From assembly GCA_965228855.1 (NCBI GenBank), contig CBDDIJ010000003.1, positions 3,040,001-3,104,000 on the forward strand: 64,000 bases of DNA. The letters run 5' to 3'. The notes beneath the pieces are model-generated. The model worked only from the letters and a program-made list of their open reading frames with translations. It was not told where the DNA came from and did not search any database. The stretch is from Candidatus Obscuribacterales bacterium (GTDB taxonomy: Bacteria > Cyanobacteriota > Vampirovibrionia > Obscuribacterales > Obscuribacteraceae). Below, piece by piece: positions 8,514 to 16,700 of the stretch (position 1 is the stretch's first letter; each line of letters opens with the position of its first letter). Position numbers and translations under genes: made by a program.

Positions 8514-11339
8514 CTAACCAGCGAGCAGCAAGTCGGGTGTAAACGTTTCCGGCGTATAGCCCTGACCAAGCAAATGGCAGGCCCAACGCGCGTCTCCGCG
8601 GCACAATTCAATCATGCGCGAGCGCATCGGCTGGTCCGTGTTAGGTTCAGTCGTTGCGACCCAGTACATGAAACGCGGGACCACAAGCCTGACTACACCA
8701 CGCGACATCTTGTGGTAGACAAGAAACGCGTCTGAATATTCTCTGTTTTTTCTAGTCAAATGACCGATCGAATTCATCTCCGCCGGCGTCAAACCGCAGG
8801 AATCACGAATGAGATCGAAGTTGCTCGGGTCGTTACCGAGAATGATCTTGAGTGAGCTGTTTGTCGCCAGGTTTCGAGCGCGCTCATCGCGCAACAAGTC
8901 GCCCAGCTCCTGGGAGATTCCGATGAACAGTAGACCTAAGTGGCGTGATGTACGCGAGGCGTCTTCAACCAGAGTCTTACCACCCTCGTATCTGAGCAGT
9001 CGCCACAACTCGTCTATGCAAAAAACAAATCGCGCCGGCTTGCCGGATTTCATCTGCTGCTGCTTGTGCTCGGCTGCGTTTCTCAAAACGAAGTCTGAAA
9101 CGAACAGAGTGACCACAGCCTCAAGAGTCTTATCGTGAGCCAGATCTGACGTATCGAACACAATCAATCTCGCGTTCGACGGAATCGACGTCGGTCCGTC
9201 GAAAAGTTTTCCGTAGATTGCGCCTCGGGTGTAGAGCGACAATCTGTTGACCAGGTCCTCGCAAGTCTCACCACGACGAGTACCTTTGCTCTTCTCGGCT
9301 TCTAGCTTGAGCCACTCGATCAAGTCTGACTCAATCGGCACGCGACCTTTCGTCGCGCACTCTCGATAAATCGCCTGAATGCCCATCATCAAGACCGGCT
9401 TCTCATCCTTGGTCATTGCTTGTTCGCCACGCTCACCGAGCATGACCGAATGGAAATTCAAAATCTTGATGATATGCGACTCGGGTGGATTGGCCGGGTC
9501 GATTTGCTTTCCGTCGGGACCGGCAAGCGGCAAGTCATATAGGTTTAAACAGACCTGACCATCGGGACCGAGTCTGATGTAAGAGGTTTCATCGTAAACC
9601 TCGGCGAGCATTCTGTATGAGCCGGAACGGTCAATAATCACCACTTTGGCGCCGGCAAGCATCTTCATCTGAATGATCTGCTGTGCCACCATGGATTTAC
9701 CTTCACCAGGCTGACCGAAGACTACACAGAGAGCGTTTGGCAGTTTTTCATCGTATGGATTCAGGAAAACCGGCTCCAATGTTTCTTTAGAGAAACCGAG
9801 CCAACTGCCCTTCGTCTCAGAGCCGAGCTTGGCATGAACAAATGGGAATGAGTTGCGCACGGTCGGCGTTCTCACAGCCTTTCCGCGGCGAGTGACATCA
9901 AGTCCCATGCCCGGAAGTGAACCGATGAAAAGACCCTTCTGCTCGCGATAGCCCACTACGAAACGGGCGCCGCGGCACTGAGGACCTGCGGTTCGCACGA
10001 GTTCCGTCGCACGGTTTAGCTCCTCTAGCGACTCGCCGAAGAGGGTGAAATAGATCGCGTAGTTGAACACTTCCATGTTGGATGTGTACAGTTCCGATCC
10101 GATATGCGCCGCTTCCTGTGCCTTTTCCGCTTCTTCCTGGTTAGGAGTCGAGCGTTGTCCCATCAAACTTTGATAGGTGTTCGCCGTGGCTTGCGCTTGT
10201 TTGCGCTGCATGGATTTTCTGAAAACTTCTTTGTCGAGCTTGTGAGCGTAGATGTTCATTCGCCACTCGCAGTTCAAGCGCAGAAGCGGCGAGAGCCACA
10301 ATGGACCGGTTCTTTCAGGGAGACGGCTCATATAAAGCGTGCGAATAAACAGCCCTTCTTTTTCCTTCGCATCCTCGACTGTTAGACTGGCGAGGTCCGA
10401 GATTCGCGCGTAATCCGGATTGCTGAAATCGTACTCCGATTCGGTCAATTGCTGACGAATCGTGGCTGGCTCCATATCAGGGAAAACGCGTCTCACTTTC
10501 GCAGAGACCGGCTGAGTGGTCGGTCTGAGCGGCTCAGGAAGCAGATCGTCAGTGACCTGTCCGAGTTTCGGATTCAGTTCTTTATAGAGCATTCTGAAAT
10601 ATTCGAGCGCGGAAACCGGACGGCCGGTCATTCCGCAGGCACCGAGCGTGCCCATGTAACCTTGCGCGCGTTGCAACAAAGTCGCGACGTTTTTCATATG
10701 CGCGCCCACGCTCTGACGAGCTGCGGTGTTTCCGAAGACGTCCTTGAGCGTCGTAGTGAAGCCTTCGATAAAACCGGCTTTCTTGGCTGGTTTTTCTTTG
10801 GGCGGACGATAGCAGAATGTGACGAAGAACTTCAATTCCGGAATAAAATTCCGAGATAAGAGGCTGGCCTGGTCGTTCTCAACGCACTTCGCTACGTACT
10901 CGAGAAATTCGTCTTTGACTACTTCGACCGGATGCTTCTCGAAATATTCGCGCTTAGTTGTGTTGTGGCAAACAATCGTGAATTGCACAGAAGTATCGAT
11001 ACCATTCAGGAATCCCGTGAAGTGGTTCATCATTGAGACCAGGCGCACTTCATCGAATCCGCTGACGTGAACGCCATCGACTTCGAACATCGTTCTATAA
11101 CTGCCGTCTTTCAGAACGATGATACCAAGTCCGGTGGCATCGTCCTGGAACAAATCCCAGAGAGGAAGAAGTCCGGCAGCTGGAGGGTGAGGTCTGGGAA
11201 CAGCCATTGAAGGCAGTTTCGCCATTGCCGCAGCAACTTTCGGGTCAAGCTTTTCCTTCTCGCCTTTCTTTAGAAGCGGAAGGCCAAGCTCTGGCTGTTT
11301 TGATCTGGGAAGAGAAGTCGTCATTTTTGACTGTACCAT
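8514..11339 (-). CDS. VirB4-like type IV secretion ATPase
   Basis: GIIVLKDG N-terminus, PVFLNPY, Walker A GQPGEGKS, VVIID, LIVFDTSDL, Walker B FCIDELW, SRHLG...ISQE, NSSLKIIL. Confidence 0.92.
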   Translation of the reverse strand: MVQSKMTTSLPRSKQPELGLPLLKKGEKEKLDPKVAAAMAKLPSMAVPRPHPPAAGLLPLWDLFQDDATGLGIIVLKDGSYRTMFEVDGVHVSGFDEVRLVSMMNHFTGFLNGIDTSVQFTIVCHNTTKREYFEKHPVEVVKDEFLEYVAKCVENDQASLLSRNFIPELKFFVTFCYRPPKEKPAKKAGFIEGFTTTLKDVFGNTAARQSVGAHMKNVATLLQRAQGYMGTLGACGMTGRPVSALEYFRMLYKELNPKLGQVTDDLLPEPLRPTTQPVSAKVRRVFPDMEPATIRQQLTESEYDFSNPDYARISDLASLTVEDAKEKEGLFIRTLYMSRLPERTGPLWLSPLLRLNCEWRMNIYAHKLDKEVFRKSMQRKQAQATANTYQSLMGQRSTPNQEEAEKAQEAAHIGSELYTSNMEVFNYAIYFTLFGESLEELNRATELVRTAGPQCRGARFVVGYREQKGLFIGSLPGMGLDVTRRGKAVRTPTVRNSFPFVHAKLGSETKGSWLGFSKETLEPVFLNPYDEKLPNALCVVFGQPGEGKSMVAQQIIQMKMLAGAKVVIIDRSGSYRMLAEVYDETSYIRLGPDGQVCLNLYDLPLAGPDGKQIDPANPPESHIIKILNFHSVMLGERGEQAMTKDEKPVLMMGIQAIYRECATKGRVPIESDLIEWLKLEAEKSKGTRRGETCEDLVNRLSLYTRGAIYGKLFDGPTSIPSNARLIVFDTSDLAHDKTLEAVVTLFVSDFVLRNAAEHKQQQMKSGKPARFVFCIDELWRLLRYEGGKTLVEDASRTSRHLGLLFIGISQELGDLLRDERARNLATNSSLKIILGNDPSNFDLIRDSCGLTPAEMNSIGHLTRKNREYSDAFLVYHKMSRGVVRLVVPRFMYWVATTEPNTDQPMRSRMIELCRGDARWACHLLGQGYTPETFTPDLLLAG

Positions 11340-11371
11340 AAAGAAACGTTGATGCTATTGGGGTGTGGCTG

Positions 11372-11785
11372 CTAGGCTGGTTCTTCGATTAATGTACTTT
11401 TTTCGATGAAGGCATTGACTTCGATTTCGAGGGAATCATCGAGGTCCTGGTCGATAAACTCCGGCAGCTTTTCATCTTTGAGAAAACGTACTGGATTCGG
11501 GTCCGGTCCTGGAATGTAGACCTGAGAACTCATGTAGAAGTTCATTATGCCTTCCCAGTGTCCGGTTGTGTGATTGAGAGTGAAGAGGCAATATGCTGGT
11601 CCGAGCAGACCAAGAAATATTGCTACGTCCAGTCTCAGGTCGTGCCCCATGAACGGCACTGGGCTCAGCCAGGAGTAAAGCTGAGTGGAAACTATCAAAC
11701 TGCCTAAACACGCAATTAGCTGGTCGTACCGCAGTCCGAACAGCTTTGGGGAGTCTTCTAAATTTAGTGGTGTTTGGTCTTCCAT
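11372..11785 (-). CDS. PrgI/VirB3-like small membrane protein
   Basis: PLNLEDSPKLFGLRYDQL start typical of PrgI/TcpE-like proteins, two TM helices, immediately upstream of virB4. Confidence 0.7.
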   Translation of the reverse strand: MEDQTPLNLEDSPKLFGLRYDQLIACLGSLIVSTQLYSWLSPVPFMGHDLRLDVAIFLGLLGPAYCLFTLNHTTGHWEGIMNFYMSSQVYIPGPDPNPVRFLKDEKLPEFIDQDLDDSLEIEVNAFIEKSTLIEEPA

Positions 11786-12001
11786 TGTTACTCGCTTGAT
11801 CCTTTTCTTGGCTTAGCGTTGTAATCTCGCGTATTTGCTAAATCATTTTGCTTTGCTCGATCTTGCGGTCCTCGCCTGGTCTTGTTGTCTTTGCTCGAAC
11901 TTGCCTTGCTTTCCTGAAACACTCAGCTTGGCTAGATCTTACTTCGCTTACTCCCTTATGCCCGGTCTGGCCCAATCTGCGGTCATCTTTAGTTATAAGT
12001 C

Positions 12002-12703
12002 TTAAGCCACTGATACGTCCGATGGAACGGCGGTGGGCACTATTGTCGGTTTCGGCAAGAAGATGTCTTCAATGATGTGGGGTGGAAGAAGGGTTGGCGT
12101 GGAATCGCCATTTTTTGCCTGTTCAATCTGGTGATTGATGAGTTCTCTCGGAAGGACTGAACGTCTATCGACCAGACTGTAGAAGCGCACGGCATCATGG
12201 AATTCACCCATCAAGCGTAGAACCTCGCCCATGATGAACTGATACCGTCCGCGGTTACCGTCCCAACTGTCGTCGTTGAGAGCTTCGTAAAGTTCGCGGG
12301 AGGCGAGTTCGAGCCATTTGTCGGCGGGCTGGAAATCTTCGCGTGCACACCAGTAGCCATTCAACGCGACGATTGCGCGATCGAGACTGTGAGCGCCGTT
12401 GTTTCTTCCGCTCAGAACAGCATGACCAAACTTCTTGGCATTGTCGACAGGAGGCGCATCCGGAAGCATTTCGGGCAAAAAGTAATGCGTTTGGAACGCG
12501 GATAGCCACCACGTGTAGAGACACTCCGGGCACATCGCAATCAGACTAGCTCGGATGGCGGCATCCGGTAGAACCCGGTGTAGATCGGTCTCTACGCGCG
12601 ACTCGCGTGAAAGCTTTGGCATTTTTGCAACCGGCGTGGCAAACGTGAGTTCGCATTTCGGGCAAATGACTGACGTGAGTTTGAGACTGTAGAGTTTCAT
12701 CAT
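12002..12703 (-). CDS. DUF2225-like protein (Zn-binding CxxC pairs plus TPR-like helices)
   Basis: VICPKCELTF...ETDL...MCPECLY, followed by YQFIMGEVLRLMGEFHDAVRFY TPR-like segment. Confidence 0.7.
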   Translation of the reverse strand: MMKLYSLKLTSVICPKCELTFATPVAKMPKLSRESRVETDLHRVLPDAAIRASLIAMCPECLYTWWLSAFQTHYFLPEMLPDAPPVDNAKKFGHAVLSGRNNGAHSLDRAIVALNGYWCAREDFQPADKWLELASRELYEALNDDSWDGNRGRYQFIMGEVLRLMGEFHDAVRFYSLVDRRSVLPRELINHQIEQAKNGDSTPTLLPPHIIEDIFLPKPTIVPTAVPSDVSVA

Positions 12704-12892
12704 GTTTTTTTAGATAGAGCGGAAGCTGGCTGTCGAATGTTTCATGAAACCGCGGGAGGGGTGTTCGTGTGGCGGTTTCTATAAATACAGATTAGATCCG
12801 TATCAGCCTGCGGTCCATCGGGGGAAATCCCACATAAGGTGGGAGAATGCCCATTTTTAGATTAAACTTGCGCGCCCGCCCTATGCTCCCCG

Positions 12893-13055
12893 ACTCACCC
12901 CGCCTCTTCAAACTTCTCCCCGCCCTCCGTTCCCCCACTCGCCCCGCATCTTCAAACTTCTCCCCGCACTCCGTTCCCACACTCGCCCCGCATCTTCAAA
13001 CTTCTCCCCGCCCTCCGTTCCCCCACTCGCCCCGCATCTTCAAACTTCTCCCCGC
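12893..13055. repeat. 44-bp C-rich tandem repeat, ~3.7 copies
   Basis: Unit ACTCGCCCCGCATCTTCAAACTTCTCCCCGCCCTCCGTTCCCCC starting at 12893, 12937, 12981 and 13025 (partial). Confidence 0.95.
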
Positions 13056-13129
13056 ACTCGCCCCGCCTCTCACTTCGCTCGCCTCTCACTCTCGCCCCGC
13101 GCCCCACTCGCCTCACCTCTCGAAACGGC

Positions 13130-13733
13130 GAGTGTGCAGAAAACAGGCCATCTTTTGCCGTTTTTGGATCCGTTTTTCACACATTTGCGATGAGTAGGAG
13201 GCGTGTTAGCCGGGTTTCCAACTGGTTAACTTCGCCCCGCGCTCCACCTCTCGAAACTGGGAGTGTGCAGAAAACAGGCCATATTTCGTCGATTTTTGAT
13301 CGGTTTTTCACACATTTGCGACTTTCACACATTTACGACGGACGACGCTGGTCAGTCGGCCCGAAGGCTGTGCTAGTCGAATCGGAACTCGCCCCCACAT
13401 CTCAAATCGGCGAGTGTGCAGAAAACGGGCCATCTTTTGCCGATTTTGGATCCGTTTTTCACACATTTGCGATGAGTAGGAGGCGTGTTAGCCGGGTCGG
13501 AAGGTGGTGGCGACCCGAAGGCTGTGCTAGTCGAATCGGAACTCGCCCCCGCCTCAAATCGGCGAGTGTGCAGAAAACGGGCCATATTTCGTCGATTTTT
13601 GATCGGTTTTTCACACATTTGCGACTTTCACACATTGACGACGGACGACGCTGGTCAGTCGGCCCGAACGGGTCGAAGGTGCGTTAGTCGGGTCGGAGGT
13701 GTTAGTCGGCCCGAAGGCTGTGTTAGTCGTCCG
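13130..13733. repeat. Array of four 61-bp imperfect palindromic (REP/BIME-like) units in ABAB order
   Basis: GAGTGTGCAGAAAAC...GTTTTTCACACATTTGCGA at 13130-13190, 13261-13321, 13412-13472, 13564-13624; alternating internal variants and linkers. Confidence 0.92.
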
Positions 13734-16700
13734 TTAGTCGTCTGGATCGTAGTAGCGACGGGAACCGCCACCACCACCGCTGCCGCCGGACTGCGAGTAC
13801 GAGCTCTGGTCGTCATAATCCTGATAGGTTCCGGAGCCGCCGTAATAGGGGTCCTTGCCTGCCAGACGCTGATCGACTTTCTCGCGGATTACGCGCACGA
13901 CTTGTTTGTGGAGCGAGGCGCCCGGTTTGCCGGAGTAGTCGGGATGGCTGATGATCTGATTGACGAAGTTCTTGGTCGGATACGATTGCAATTTCACGAC
14001 AGGGTGCTCTTGCGGCTCAGGTGAATTCGAGATGTCGTCTGCGTACTCGGCGAGCAGCTCGGTTCTGTATTCCTGTGTCGCGCCGTGAATTGCTTCGGCG
14101 GCGAAGATGCTCTTCGGATCGATGTTGTTCTGGTTCCACTTCGGATCGCAATCCATCATCGCTTGAACGACTTGAGTGCGCACCAGGCTGAAGTTATTAC
14201 CGCCAAGCTTTCCGGCGGTGACAGCTGCGGTTTGAGCCATCGACTTATCGGTTGCCATAACCTGCATTGCAACAGACGCAATCTTCGGATCCGAAAGCTG
14301 CTCATACGAGAAGCCTGCTGAATGCAAGTCGTAGACCACGTTGTACGCCATCTCGGCTGTCGTATCGTACTGGTTGACCATATTGCGCAAGTTGGCTTCG
14401 ACCTCGCCGGCACTGACACCACCGATGTCGCCTGTTTTACCGAACATCAGTTCGGCTTCAACATGCTGCTCGATGACCTGTCCGGAATTGCCAGGATCGT
14501 TGTAACCACCCATCTGCATATTGACTTGCGGAGTCGAATCTCTGAGCGGCGCTTCGAACCGAACGCGCTGCGTGCCGAGATTGTTGCTGCCGCCGCCATT
14601 GTTTCCGCCTGCGGTGAAAGTCACGTTTGCACGAATCTCGGACGGACGCGAACCGGCAGCCGGAGGTACTTTGATCAAACTCGGGTCGATAGGAGGAGGA
14701 GTCGGTGTATGTCCTGGAACAATCTCCACTTCCACGTTTTGTTCGTTGATGATTGGAGGAGGAGTGCCTACGCCGCCAACGTTGTTGATGTGGATAGGAC
14801 CGGTGCCGCTTGGATGCGAGCTGCCTTGCATACGCATTTGCTGCGTTGGAGGGGTGCCCATACCCTGGTTTGGAGCTTGTCTGAAAGTGACATTCGCTCT
14901 CGTGCCCGGGCCCATTCCGGGTCCCATAATCGGAGGTGTAATTCCGCCGAGATTGAGCGGTCCAACAGGCGAGGCGCCACCGTCGACGTCAACTGGGACG
15001 TCAACAACCTGTTCCATACCGCCGCCGCCACCGGGAAGAACCGTTCCAGAGACATTGGTTGAAACCATCGGCGATCCGCCGCCACCACCGCCGCCTCTGG
15101 GTTGGATGGGAGACACGCCGCCGCCACCACCGGCGAAACCACCACCGCCATTCTTGACGCTGTTTCCGATTCCCTGAACAGCCTTGAGAGCTTGATAGGT
15201 TTGAACGTACGAACCAACGTCCGCTCCGGCACCGACGATGTTCGCGACATCGTTGACCATTTTCACGTCTCGGCAGGCATCGTCGCCGAACTCTGCGCTC
15301 AATGCCGTCGCCGTGTTGACGACTGCCGGCGGCAGTAGTTGTGCTTCGCGACCGGTCCAGGCGTCTGCGACCATCGGATGAGCATCCGGAATCTCGTCGT
15401 TCTTTCTTGCTTCGAGGTAAGAAGAACATCCGGCGATTGCGGCACGTTGCTCCCATGGACGCGATCTGAGAACGGTTGCGTTTGTGGCTATAGCTCTTGA
15501 GGTCGCGTTGATCGGGATCGCGTTTCTCACCAGAGTTTCCGTAGCAGGGATGTGACCCCAGTGCCAGCTGGATTCCGGCGAACCGGCGTCAGTCATGATG
15601 TGGACGCCCCAGGCTTGCTGTTCGTCGGACATCGGACCATAGCGTTGGTTCAGATACTCGGTATACGCATTACCTGGCTGACCGTTGACGTATGCTTGCG
15701 AGCCGGCTACCGATTCAGTGTACAGGGCTTGCTGGAACGCTTGTTTGGCGTTCGCGGTTTGAGCCCAGGAGCCGCCGTTATAAGAAAGGATACCGGATGC
15801 CATTCTTTGAGCGAAACCTTTGGGCTTGTCGGCACCAGCTGCGATGGCAGACTGACGGGCTGCGTCATATGCGACAGGGTCATTGCCTACCAGAGTCGCA
15901 TAACCGGCGGTCATCATCTGCAGAGCCAGTCTGTCAGGGTCCATGCCTTCGGCGTGTCTGACGTGGAAGGTTTGTCCCTTCGCGTTACCCATCAATTCGG
16001 CTTCACCGGAAGTTGATGGTCCGAGAGTCACATCCTGAGCCAAACGGATGCCGCCAGAAATACCACGAGGTGGAATCCAGCGATAGCCTGCTTGTTGATA
16101 GTTGTTCATCGGAACAACCGACTGTGTGGCTTGAAGTCTTTGTTCGTGCGGGCTTGCCGGAGCTTGACCGTGTGGAGTTCTGCCGTCGTCCGGAGGAGTG
16201 TGCATGCCGCCGCCGCCACCATCGCCGCCATTTCCGCCGCCGCCACCGAAACCACCAGCACGGCTGGTGAGGTTCATCGGTCTAATCGGCGAGGAGTTAT
16301 CCGGCTCCCAGCCTGGATCTATGAAACCGCCCGGCGCTTGCGCACCTGTCCTGCCGGTTCCAGCTCTTCGCGCAGCGGGTACCGGGATGACCCCGCCCAG
16401 GTTCACACCCGGAATTCCACCAGCGGCAACTGTCGGTTGAATTTCGACCTTGCCGCCATCAGTCGTAGCGCCCGGAGTGCCGGTCGGAGGTTTGATTTCA
16501 CCTGTGACTGTTTGCTGAGCGTTGACGTTGTCGCCACCAGCCGGAGTCAAGCCAGGCTGTATACGCACTTGTCCGTCAGCGGTACCACCGGGAGTGACAA
16601 CTTCGCTGCCTTCGGCGGCTTTGCCGAGATTGCCAGTCGGAGCTTGTACGCGTCGTCCAGGCAACGAGACAGTGACGGGGACTTTGCCATCGGCACCAGC

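Noticed and set aside
11852..11906. CTTTGCTCGAWCTTGC repeated twice upstream of the virB3-like gene
   Set aside because: Only two short copies in a pyrimidine-rich tract; too weak to interpret.
13130..13624. CRISPR array
   Set aside because: Repeats are 61 bp, linkers are 70-91 bp and reused rather than unique, and there are no cas genes in the window.
12847..14024. Plus-strand ORFs of 116, 165 and 179 aa over the repeats
   Set aside because: They are translations of the DNA repeats, and the same repeat is read in different frames.
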